From: Nitrospirota bacterium
GTDB lineage: Bacteria > Nitrospirota > Thermodesulfovibrionia > Thermodesulfovibrionales > SM23-35
Direction of reading: 5' to 3'
DNA length: 64,000 bases
Assembly (NCBI GenBank): GCA_040757475.1
Contig: JBFLWW010000004.1
Coordinates: 31,676-95,675, forward strand
A model generated the notes under the pieces. That model was not told where the DNA came from. It ran no database searches and saw nothing but the letters and a program-made list of their open reading frames with translations. The position numbers were made by a program, and so were the translations under genes. Shown piece after piece: positions 1 through 8,184 of the stretch (within the stretch, counting starts at the first letter, position 1; every line of letters begins with the position of its first letter).

Positions 1-1
1 C

Positions 2-247
2 CCTAAGGTTAAGGTAGTAGAGAAGAATAAAACCTCTTCATCAATCCGAATTCCTGCCTGCTGGCAGTACAGTGTGATTAAAAGCATGGAATTGGATAAA
101 GATCCTAGATGGGTTAAATGTTCTTATATGTGTAGAGAATATATAAATGCTATAGCTGGAGCAATTAACCCTAATGCTAGTTTTGAGTTCAATTTAACCT
201 TTGCTGATGGACATAAATACTGCGAAGGAGTGTTTAAGATTCAATAA
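2..247 (+). CDS. hypothetical protein, C-terminal part (runs off the 5' edge)
   Basis: The frame is open from the window edge to TAA at 245-247 (…CWQYSVIKSMELDKDPRWVKCSYMCREY…GHKYCEGVFKIQ). It is not in the ORF track because the start is missing. No family recognised. Confidence 0.4.
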   Translation, partial: PKVKVVEKNKTSSSIRIPACWQYSVIKSMELDKDPRWVKCSYMCREYINAIAGAINPNASFEFNLTFADGHKYCEGVFKIQ

Positions 248-258
248 GGTAGATCTCG

Positions 259-1167
259 ATGCCAGGTGCTTTTAAAAGAGAGATGGGAAATAAGCCTGAA
301 TTAAAAGCGAATGAAGAGGTTATACTAAGCAATCCGGGTTTTTACAAAGATAATCTACGCAGCGGCTGGAAGCCAGGGCATCTGTATCTGACTAACCTGA
401 GGCTTTTTCTCTGGCAGCCGACAAAGATTATATTCCAGACGTCCTTAGAAAATATAAAAGGAATCAGCATTCAACAGAGGGGTTTTATATTAAGGAGTAA
501 GGACGCCCTTTGTATTTCTTATAGAAATCAAGGCGGTGCATCTGCTTCAAAGGCCTGGATTATGGTAAAAGACCTAGATTTGTGGAAAAATAAGATATTT
601 GAAAGGAGTTTATTAGAAATAAATCAAGAAAAAATAGATAAAATTATTAAAGAGTTAGATCCTGAGAGCCAAAATATACTTCTTTTTGTCTGGCAAAATA
701 GACATGCCACCATTGACGAATTGGCTCAAGTTTATAATGCGCCAAATCATATGGATGTTCTTCACAGGATAAGAAATATTATTAATCCAACGGCTCAAGA
801 GCTGATAGGTTTTCCGGTTTTAGTATTCCAAAGATGTAAGATTGATGAATCCACAGGAAAGAATGTTATGTTTAGCTGGTGGATTATCGGAGGGGATAAA
901 TTAAAAAAAGATAAAGAGGAATTGTTATTGGATATCTTTGATGAAGGAGACCATCTAAACATCATTATGGAATTAAAGGGTGCTAAAGAAGAGGATATAT
1001 TATTAGGGGTAGATGAAGATAGACTTACCGTCTCTTGTAAAACTCCCGAATCTAACTACTATGAAGAGGTTTCTCTTCCAGCAAAAGTTGACAGCGAAGG
1101 AGTTGTTAGAAGATACCATAATAATATATTGGAGGTCAGGTTACAGAAGTCAGATGGCAGAGCCTAA
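259..1167 (+). CDS. PH/GRAM-like N-terminal domain fused to a C-terminal alpha-crystallin (Hsp20) domain
   Basis: 302-aa ORF. The N-terminus reads GHLYLTNLRLFLWQ…ISIQQRGF (bacterial PH-like pattern). The C-terminus reads DIFDEGDHLNIIMELKGAKEEDI…RYHNNILEVRLQK, which fits the sHSP ACD pattern. Confidence 0.6.
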   Translation: MPGAFKREMGNKPELKANEEVILSNPGFYKDNLRSGWKPGHLYLTNLRLFLWQPTKIIFQTSLENIKGISIQQRGFILRSKDALCISYRNQGGASASKAWIMVKDLDLWKNKIFERSLLEINQEKIDKIIKELDPESQNILLFVWQNRHATIDELAQVYNAPNHMDVLHRIRNIINPTAQELIGFPVLVFQRCKIDESTGKNVMFSWWIIGGDKLKKDKEELLLDIFDEGDHLNIIMELKGAKEEDILLGVDEDRLTVSCKTPESNYYEEVSLPAKVDSEGVVRRYHNNILEVRLQKSDGRA

Positions 1168-1420
1168 GCCAGAAATCAATTGCCCGATATTTCTAAAAAG
1201 GGAATGGACCATTAAAGAATTGACTCGTGATATCAACGAAGCAAAGGCAGTAACTGAGAAAGCTGAGAGAGCAGAGCACCTTAAAAATGAGGTAGAAATG
1301 CTTCTTTCCTGTGAAAAATACGACGAGAAAAATGAAGATTGTAGCAATTGCAAGATCATATCCACTTTGCGTAAACAGACAGCAGAACTTTTAATAAAAG
1401 CTAAAGGATTAGGAAAATAA
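1154..1420 (+). CDS. small hypothetical protein (88 aa, coiled-coil plus Cys pairs)
   Basis: The internal ATG at 1154 (MAEPKPEINCP…) overlaps the upstream stop by 14 nt. The longer track start at 1013 would run through the Hsp20 domain in another frame. Confidence 0.45.
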   Translation: MAEPKPEINCPIFLKREWTIKELTRDINEAKAVTEKAERAEHLKNEVEMLLSCEKYDEKNEDCSNCKIISTLRKQTAELLIKAKGLGK

Positions 1421-2127
1421 TGCGAAAATTAATCTATGTCCCGATTATACATATGAGTGCCGATCTTGGCACTATTGCTAGGCAGGTGGACAAAAGAGGT
1501 ATTGCAGGTTTCGGGGAGAAGTTTTGGAAGCAACATAAAGAAACTATCTCTGGTTTTTGGGATTCAATAGCCAGATATTTTGAGAAATTAGAGGTAGCTA
1601 ACTTTAAGGTGTATCAGGATGGAATGGTTGCAGATGGAGCTATAGGCCAGAAGATACTTGATGAGGGGCTGAAGAGCGGCAGCAAAAATTATGAAATTAT
1701 ATCTAAGCTCATCCAGAGAGGTGCTGTCTTAGTAAAAACCGAGGATTTCTCTTTAGTTAAGAAAGAGAGGGACTGGTTTCTTAAGATAACTAATGCCAAG
1801 ACTTTAAGTGAAAAATTGTTATCCTATTTAAAATACAGATTGATTAAAAATGGGTTACTCAGAAAAAGAGATAGATTTATAGCCAATAGGATAAATGAGA
1901 CATTAAATCAGGAAGAAACTGGAATCTTATTTATAGGTGCCTACCATAATATAATTCCAAAACTCGCCAAGGATATACAGGTAAAAGAGCTAAAAGACAC
2001 AGAAAAGATAAGGGAATATCAGAAAGCTCTTCTCCATGGTAAAAGCGGCACTAAGAGATTTGAGGAATTAGCTGCGTATGTCGTAGAGCATCCTCAACTC
2101 CCAGTCTGTGAGCCCTATCCTTCCTAA
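1420..2127 (+). CDS. hypothetical protein (235 aa)
   Basis: The ATG overlaps the upstream TAA (TAATG). It is the third gene of a tightly coupled trio. No family recognised with confidence. Confidence 0.6.
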   Translation: MRKLIYVPIIHMSADLGTIARQVDKRGIAGFGEKFWKQHKETISGFWDSIARYFEKLEVANFKVYQDGMVADGAIGQKILDEGLKSGSKNYEIISKLIQRGAVLVKTEDFSLVKKERDWFLKITNAKTLSEKLLSYLKYRLIKNGLLRKRDRFIANRINETLNQEETGILFIGAYHNIIPKLAKDIQVKELKDTEKIREYQKALLHGKSGTKRFEELAAYVVEHPQLPVCEPYPS

Positions 2128-2128
2128 A

Positions 2129-2150
2129 AGGAGGGGGTAGCCTCCCCCTA
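2129..2150 (+). terminator. G5/C5 hairpin immediately after the stop codon
   Basis: AGGAGGGGG-TAGC-CTCCCCCT lies directly after TAA 2125-2127. There is no clear T-tract, so this is a weak terminator call. Confidence 0.3.
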
Positions 2151-2221
2151 CCCCTGCGTAAATCTGCGTTAAATTATAGGCTAAGGCAATAACAAGGCCA
2201 TTTATGTTATTATTTTGAGCT

Positions 2222-2944
2222 ATGGAACAGAGGCTTCAGAAAATCCTTGCAGAGATGGGTATTACATCGAGGAGGAAGGCTGAGGAGCTTATTATTAAGG
2301 GAAGAGTAACTGTCAACGGTCAGATTGCAAACATTGGCATGAAGGTAGACCCGAATAGAGACCACATCAAGCTAAATGGGAAACTTCTTACAAGGCCTGA
2401 AAAAAAGGTCTATCTCGTCTTCAATAAGCCGAAAGGTGTTGTCACATCACTCTATGACCCTGATGGAAGGCTAACAATAAAAGATTTTCTTAAAGGGATA
2501 AAGTTCAGGGTCTTCCCTGTTGGAAGGCTTGATTACGATTCTGAGGGAATGCTCTTAATAACAAATGATGGTGATTTTGCACATGCAGTGCTTCATCCAT
2601 CAAAAAAAATATCAAAGACATATCTTGTCAAGGTGAAGGGAATTCTCAGGGAAGAAGAGATAGAGAAATTGAGGACAGGAGTGAAGCTTGGATATGGGAT
2701 GACAGCTCCTGCAAAGGTAAAGAGGATTAGAAAGGGAGATGTCAACTCGTGGCTTGAGATGACGATATATGAAGGGAAGAAAAGACAGATAAGGAGGATG
2801 CTCGAGAAGATAGGACACCCTGTGCTAAAGCTCAGAAGGATAAGAATAAATGGTCTTGAACTAGGCAACCTTGAGCCAGGGGCATACAGGTATCTTTCTG
2901 CTGATGAGATAATTAAGATCAGACGTGAAGTCGGGTGTTACTGA
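2222..2944 (+). CDS. rluB: pseudouridine synthase, RsuA/RluB family (S4 domain plus catalytic domain)
   Basis: N-terminal S4 pattern (RLQKILAEMGITSRRKAEELIIKGRVTVNG) and a catalytic GRLDYDSEGMLLITNDG motif. Confidence 0.9.
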   Translation: MEQRLQKILAEMGITSRRKAEELIIKGRVTVNGQIANIGMKVDPNRDHIKLNGKLLTRPEKKVYLVFNKPKGVVTSLYDPDGRLTIKDFLKGIKFRVFPVGRLDYDSEGMLLITNDGDFAHAVLHPSKKISKTYLVKVKGILREEEIEKLRTGVKLGYGMTAPAKVKRIRKGDVNSWLEMTIYEGKKRQIRRMLEKIGHPVLKLRRIRINGLELGNLEPGAYRYLSADEIIKIRREVGCY

Positions 2945-3022
2945 AATTCAAAATTTAAAATTAAAAATCCAAAATAAAGGATTCCACAATTTTTAATTTT
3001 GCATTTTACATTTTGCATCTAT
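2945..3022. repeat. heptanucleotide-repeat inverted element (AAATTCA AAATTTA AAATTAA … ATTTTGC ATTTTAC ATTTTGC)
   Basis: Period-7 A-rich units are followed by complementary T-rich units between rluB and aspS. The same words recur at 24.6, 26.7 and 30.9 kb. Confidence 0.7.
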
Positions 3023-3031
3023 GGAGGTTAC

Positions 3032-4813
3032 ATGATTCGGGATAAAGGATGCGGTGAGATAAGAGAATCTGATATAGGTTTAAACCTTACGCTGTGTGGA
3101 TGGGTCTTCAGGCGGAGGGACCACGGCGGACTTATATTTGTAGATTTACGTGACAGAAGCGGGATATTACAAGTAGTCTTCAGCCCTGATGTATCAGGCG
3201 ATGCACATAAGCTTGCGCATGACCTAAGGAGTGAATATGTAGTCTCTGTCTCAGGTGAAATCAGGAAGAGACCTGATGGCACTGAAAATCCAAATATCCC
3301 AACAGGTATGGTCGAGATGTATGTAAATAAACTTGAGGTCTTGAATGAGTCATCTCCCCTGCCCTTCAGTATAGAAGACGCTGCTGATGCATCCGAGGCA
3401 TTGAGACTCAAACACAGGTATCTTGATTTGAGAAGGCCTGAGATGCAAAAAAATCTGATTATAAGACATAAGGTCACAAAGGTTATTAGGGACTATTTTG
3501 ATGAAAAAGGATTTCTTGAGATAGAGACACCTGTGCTTACAAAATCTACTCCAGAAGGTGCAAGGGACTATCTTGTGCCGAGCCGTCTGAATCCAGGGTG
3601 CTTCTATGCACTACCTCAATCACCGCAACTCCTCAAACAGATATTGATGGTATCTGGCTTCGAGAAGTATTTCCAGATTGTGAAGTGTTTCAGAGATGAA
3701 GATCTACGTGCAGACAGACAGCCTGAATTCACACAGGTTGACTTAGAGATGTCCTTTGCTGATAGAGAAGATGTCATGGAGGTCATAGAGGGCATGATGA
3801 AAAGGCTCTTTAAAGAGGTCCTCATTGTAAAGCTCGAGACACCATTTGAAAGACTGAGTTTCTATGAGACGATGGAGAGGTTCGGTACTGACAAACCTGA
3901 TTTGCGGTTCAGTCTTGAACTCAAGGACATGGCTGACCTATCAGAAAAAGGTTCATTCAAGGTATTCCTCGATGCCATCCAGTCGGGTGGAAGGGTAAAG
4001 GCAATTAATGGCAAAGGCATGGCAGGTCTTTCGAGAAAGGAGATAGATTTGCTTACAGAAGAGGCAGGGTCTTTTGGCGCAAAAGGGCTTGCATGGATAA
4101 AGGTAAAGAATGGTTTTGAATCTCCGATAGCAAAGTTCTTCCCTGAGGAGATTCTGAGACAGATGGCTCAGAGACTTGATGCAGAGGAGGGAGATTTGAT
4201 GCTTTTTGTGGCTGATAAGGAGGAGGTTGTCCATAATGTGTTAAGCAGGATGAGACTTGAGCTTGGGAAAAGACTGAACATGATAGGGTCGGAATATAAG
4301 TTTGTCTGGATTACAGATTTCCCACTCCTCGAATGGAATGATGAAGAAGGCCGATTTGAGGCAATGCACCATCCCTTCACCTCCCCTATAGACGAAGATA
4401 TCGAGAAGCTTTTTTCTGTGAATATTACTAACAAAGAACTTCTCACTTCTATCAGGGCAAAGGCATATGACATTGTTCTCAACGGCTATGAGATAGGAGG
4501 TGGAAGCATCCGTATCTACAGGCGTGAATTACAGAAAAAGATGTTTGAGCTTCTGAGGATATCCGAGGAAGAAGCGAGGATGAAATTCGGGTTCTTGCTC
4601 GATGCACTTGAATATGGTGCACCTCCGCATGGAGGGATTGCACTCGGGCTTGACAGGCTTGTAATGATTATGGTTGGCGCAACATCTATTAGAGATGTAA
4701 TCGCATTTCCAAAGACCCAGAAGGCATTCTGCCTTATGAGCGATACTCCATCAACAGTCGAGCCAAGACAGCTGAAAGAGCTTTATATCAAGACAGATGT
4801 GCCAATAGAATAG
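3032..4813 (+). CDS. aspS: aspartate--tRNA ligase
   Basis: Full-length class IIb aaRS pattern (QSPQLLKQILM, FRDEDLRADRQPEFTQVD, GGGSIRIY, GIALGLDRL). ATG 3032 is preceded by GGAGG. The track start at 2999 translates the repeat element. Confidence 0.95.
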   Translation: MIRDKGCGEIRESDIGLNLTLCGWVFRRRDHGGLIFVDLRDRSGILQVVFSPDVSGDAHKLAHDLRSEYVVSVSGEIRKRPDGTENPNIPTGMVEMYVNKLEVLNESSPLPFSIEDAADASEALRLKHRYLDLRRPEMQKNLIIRHKVTKVIRDYFDEKGFLEIETPVLTKSTPEGARDYLVPSRLNPGCFYALPQSPQLLKQILMVSGFEKYFQIVKCFRDEDLRADRQPEFTQVDLEMSFADREDVMEVIEGMMKRLFKEVLIVKLETPFERLSFYETMERFGTDKPDLRFSLELKDMADLSEKGSFKVFLDAIQSGGRVKAINGKGMAGLSRKEIDLLTEEAGSFGAKGLAWIKVKNGFESPIAKFFPEEILRQMAQRLDAEEGDLMLFVADKEEVVHNVLSRMRLELGKRLNMIGSEYKFVWITDFPLLEWNDEEGRFEAMHHPFTSPIDEDIEKLFSVNITNKELLTSIRAKAYDIVLNGYEIGGGSIRIYRRELQKKMFELLRISEEEARMKFGFLLDALEYGAPPHGGIALGLDRLVMIMVGATSIRDVIAFPKTQKAFCLMSDTPSTVEPRQLKELYIKTDVPIE

Positions 4814-4814
4814 A

Positions 4815-5381
4815 TTATATATTGGCATGGATTTTTTTCATCTCTTCCTCTTCTATGCCGAGGCGATTCATTAATTCAAGCACACAAGCCTCAAAAAAGA
4901 TGAGGGTTGAGATCTCAAAAAGTGAGCCCAGCGGAGGTGGTGGAATACCAATAAGTTCTCTGGTAGTATAACCTGTTACCTCCCTGTGTATGGGTTCTGA
5001 TTTGATAAGAACAACAATGTCAGCAAGCCTCGCAAGATCAGAGTCCTTATCCCAGGTAATCGCTGCCACTTTCCCACCGAGCCCTTTCGATGCCTTTGCT
5101 GTCTCAATAACCCAGGTAGTCTTTCCAGAACCTGAAACAGCAATTAATATGTCTCCCTTCCTCATTGCAGGGGTAATGGTTTCACCGACTATAAAGACCT
5201 TCTTCCTCAGGTGAACGAGGCGCATACCAAATGCCCTTGCAACAAGGCCGGAACGACCTGCGCCGATTATATATATCCTGGGCGACTTGAGAATGAAATC
5301 AATGAACCTCTCAAAGTCCTTAGCTGGAATTTTATCCGTAACCTCTTTAATCTTCCCTAATATAAAAGTGTAGTAGGTCAT
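4815..5381 (-). CDS. hxlB: 6-phospho-3-hexuloisomerase (SIS domain)
   Basis: SIS pattern (IYIIGAGRSGLVARAFGMRLVHL…AVSGSGKT). It is coupled to hxlA by a 4-nt overlap. Confidence 0.85.
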   Translation of the reverse strand: MTYYTFILGKIKEVTDKIPAKDFERFIDFILKSPRIYIIGAGRSGLVARAFGMRLVHLRKKVFIVGETITPAMRKGDILIAVSGSGKTTWVIETAKASKGLGGKVAAITWDKDSDLARLADIVVLIKSEPIHREVTGYTTRELIGIPPPPLGSLFEISTLIFFEACVLELMNRLGIEEEEMKKIHANI

Positions 5382-6016
5382 GTGTGATAAGCCTCAATCG
5401 CCTCTTTAATTGCCTTTGCAGCATTCCCTGGGTCTTCTGCCTTTGTGATATATCCTCCCACTATGATAATCGAAGGTCCATAGGGCATTATAGCAGGGAT
5501 GTCCGAAGGTTTTATACCGCCTGCAATGCAATATGGAAGATGTATTTCCCTGACAAAGCCTTCGAGGCCTTCAAATGGCCTTTTTCCTTTAATCTGCTCG
5601 TCCAGGGCTGTATGGATACAGAAATAATCAGGAGATAGATATTCTAATTCTTTTGCTTTAAAAATCCAGTCCTCTGCACCTATAAGATCAACTACAACTT
5701 TCTTATTCCATCTTCTGGCCTCTTTGGTGACTTCTATAACAGTCTCCATTGATGCCTGTGCACACACGCTGACCATTTCAGCACCAGCCTCAAAGGCCAT
5801 TCGTGCCTCGAGGGCGCCAGCATCCATTATTTTCATATCAGCAAAGATTACTTTCCCCTGAAAATTCTTTTGCAGGGTTTCTACTACCCTGATGCCTTCG
5901 GACTTTATAAGGGGAGTACCAGCCTCAAGTATATCTACATAGTTAGATATCATCAAGGCGACTTTAAGTGTCCTGTCAATACTTAACAAATCAAGGGCAG
6001 CCTGTATAAGAACCAT
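5378..6016 (-). CDS. hxlA: 3-hexulose-6-phosphate synthase
   Basis: Collinear by eye with Bacillus HxlA (…QAALDL…DILEAGTPLIK…ADMKIMDAG…IAGGIK…IVGG). The start is chosen at MVLIQAALDL; the track start at 6046 is also possible. Confidence 0.85.
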   Translation of the reverse strand: MVLIQAALDLLSIDRTLKVALMISNYVDILEAGTPLIKSEGIRVVETLQKNFQGKVIFADMKIMDAGALEARMAFEAGAEMVSVCAQASMETVIEVTKEARRWNKKVVVDLIGAEDWIFKAKELEYLSPDYFCIHTALDEQIKGKRPFEGLEGFVREIHLPYCIAGGIKPSDIPAIMPYGPSIIIVGGYITKAEDPGNAAKAIKEAIEAYHT

Positions 6017-6054
6017 CTTAATAAAATCATAGTTATACTGAGGCAAGGTGTCAA

Positions 6055-6140
6055 GGGTAAACCCCGCACCACGGCTTTACTGAGCACTTTTTATAAGTGC
6101 TACCATTTACAGCCGGGGCTTTCTGTGGTGCGGGGTAAAG
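6055..6140. repeat. nested inverted repeat in the divergent hxlA/mnmA intergenic region
   Basis: Outer arms are CCCCGCACCAC (6062-6072) and GTGGTGCGGGG (6125-6135). The inner hairpin is AGCACTT/AAGTGCT (6083-6101). Confidence 0.6.
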
Positions 6141-6189
6141 GGCTTTGGGTTGAAAATTCATCGTTAAAGCTGATAGAGTTTTATTAAAT

Positions 6190-7293
6190 ATGTCAAAGGT
6201 TATTGTTGGAATGAGCGGGGGTGTGGACTCTTCTGTCACAGCATATCTCTTGAAAGAGCATGGATATGATGTAGAAGGTCTCAGCTTTATACTGTGGGAG
6301 GCAAGGGGTAGGACTGACTTTAAGACCTGTTGCTCGCTTCAGGCAGTTGAAGAGACTGCAAATACCGCAAAATATATTGGAGTGCCCCATAGTTCGATAG
6401 ATGTCAGAGATGATTTTATAGAAAAGGTGATAGAGCCATTTGTTGATGCGTACACAAAGGGTATTACTCCAAACCCATGTATACTATGTAACAGATTTAT
6501 CAAGTTTCCCTTTCTCCTGAAGGAGGCAGAAAAAAGAGGTGCTGAATATATCGCCACTGGACACTATGCGAAAGTAGAAAAAAAGTTACTAAAGAAGGGT
6601 GTTGACCCAAAGAAAGACCAGTCGTATGTTCTTTATGTCTTAAGACAGGAGGAGATTGAAAGGCTAATCCTACCTCTCGGTTATTATAGGAAGGATGAAG
6701 TCAGGAAGATTGCAAAGGAGCTTAACCTTCCGGCAGCAAAGAGGCCTGAGAGTCAGGAGATATGCTTTATTGAAGACAGAAATTATTTTAAATTCATTGA
6801 GATGCTTTCTCCTATTGCAGGAAAACCAGGTCCTATCATTGATATAACTGGAAGGGTAATAGGGACACATACAGGAATCTATGGCTATACCATCGGCCAG
6901 AGAAAAGGGCTGGGTATATCTTCACCAGAACCTCTTTATGTTGTAAAGATAGATGCCCTGAAAAATGCCATATATGTGGGTTCTCAGGAGGCTGCAAAGA
7001 AAAAGGAGTTTTTTGTTGAAGACCTGAACTGGATTAACACGCAAGGGGGACTCCGTCCCCCTTGCGAAATCCCCCTACAGCAGAAAGGGGCTCATGGGGG
7101 AAACACTGTTTCCCCCATGTACTTCAGGGCGACTGTAAAGGTGCGCTCTATGATGAAGGATGAGCTAGCAACTATATTTTTAGGCGAGACTGTTCGCGTG
7201 GTCTTTGATAAGCCGCAGTGGGCCCCTGCCCCTGGACAATCCGCAGTCTTCTATGATGGCGATATAGTAATAGGAGGCGGTGTTATAGTATAA
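6190..7293 (+). CDS. mnmA: tRNA 2-thiouridine(34) synthase MnmA
   Basis: PP-loop VIVGMSGGVDSSV, a CNRFIKF motif and the C-terminal PGQSAVFYDGDIVIGGG. It carries an in-frame palindromic insertion (see 7041-7119). Confidence 0.9.
   Translation: MSKVIVGMSGGVDSSVTAYLLKEHGYDVEGLSFILWEARGRTDFKTCCSLQAVEETANTAKYIGVPHSSIDVRDDFIEKVIEPFVDAYTKGITPNPCILCNRFIKFPFLLKEAEKRGAEYIATGHYAKVEKKLLKKGVDPKKDQSYVLYVLRQEEIERLILPLGYYRKDEVRKIAKELNLPAAKRPESQEICFIEDRNYFKFIEMLSPIAGKPGPIIDITGRVIGTHTGIYGYTIGQRKGLGISSPEPLYVVKIDALKNAIYVGSQEAAKKKEFFVEDLNWINTQGGLRPPCEIPLQQKGAHGGNTVSPMYFRATVKVRSMMKDELATIFLGETVRVVFDKPQWAPAPGQSAVFYDGDIVIGGGVIV
7041..7119. repeat. cluster of G5/C5 palindromes inside the mnmA coding sequence
   Basis: The first palindrome is GCAAGGGGGAC-tcc-GTCCCCCTTGC (7041-7065). 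The second is CATGGGGGAAACA-c-TGTTTCCCCCATG (7093-7119). CCCCT…AGGGG lies between them. Confidence 0.75.
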
Positions 7294-7329
7294 TGTAAAA
7301 ATAAATATACTGAAATGGGGAATGCTTAG

Positions 7330-8184
7330 ATGATGAGCAGGGAAGGTCTAAACTATAAAAATATTCTAAATGAGATAAAAACAATCTATAAAGAAAATTA
7401 CCAGGGAGACAATATAGAGATTATTGAAGTAGTGTTTAATGATGTCATGGACCTTTTCTCCGGTAAAAGGAAGGGGTTTCGAAAATGTGATACCAGATAC
7501 CATGACTTTTCGCATACCTTACAGATTATTCCTCCTTTTATAGGAATTATAGATGGGTGGAACAAAAGTGAAAACAACCTGAAGATTTCAAGAGAATTTT
7601 TTGATATTGGGATTATCGCAGTCTTACTCCACGACACAGGTTACATAAAGACCGAGGATGACATTGATGGCACAGGGGCTAAATATACTTTTATTCATAT
7701 ACAGAGAAGCACTGACTTTGCAGGTCATTACCTGTCAGAGATAGGGTTTGAAGAACATAAAATATCCAGTGTCAAGAATATTATCATGTGTACTGGAGTG
7801 AAGGTTGACTACAAAAAGATTCTCTTTAATTCAGAAGAGGAACGGATAGTTGGATACGCACTGGGAACTGCCGATCTTTTAGGCCAGATGTCTGCATTTG
7901 ATTATCCTGAGAAATTACCTATACTGTACCGTGAATTTGAAGAGGCATATCACTATGAGGGTATAGAAAGATTGCGTGAAAAAGGGATGACTGTATTTGG
8001 AAGTGTGGATGATTTAATCAGTAAGACCCCTTATTTTTACGAGGTTGTGGTAATGGGAAGGCTTAAAGATATGGGTTCTATATATAAATATCTCACCTAT
8101 CATTTTAAGGACTCAAGAAACCATTACATAGAGGCGATTGAAGAAAATATAAAAAGGATAAGACTCGCTTCTATGTCTCAGTAA
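7330..8184 (+). CDS. HD-domain protein (putative metal-dependent phosphohydrolase)
   Basis: 284-aa ORF with an H…HD signature (YHDFSHTLQ … AVLLHDTGY). Confidence 0.6.
   Translation: MMSREGLNYKNILNEIKTIYKENYQGDNIEIIEVVFNDVMDLFSGKRKGFRKCDTRYHDFSHTLQIIPPFIGIIDGWNKSENNLKISREFFDIGIIAVLLHDTGYIKTEDDIDGTGAKYTFIHIQRSTDFAGHYLSEIGFEEHKISSVKNIIMCTGVKVDYKKILFNSEEERIVGYALGTADLLGQMSAFDYPEKLPILYREFEEAYHYEGIERLREKGMTVFGSVDDLISKTPYFYEVVVMGRLKDMGSIYKYLTYHFKDSRNHYIEAIEENIKRIRLASMSQ

Noticed and set aside
1013-1153. N-terminal 47 codons of track ORF 1013-1420
   Set aside because: They run out of frame through the well-supported Hsp20 domain of 259-1167. The internal ATG 1154 gives normal operon spacing.
2999-3031. 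N-terminal extension MHFTFCIYGGY of aspS
   Set aside because: These codons are the heptamer repeat element. ATG 3032 has a GGAGG RBS and matches the usual AspRS N-terminus.
6051-6239. 62-aa minus-strand ORF on the track
   Set aside because: It is the translation of the nested inverted repeat between hxlA and mnmA. It overlaps the mnmA start and has no RBS or recognisable protein pattern.
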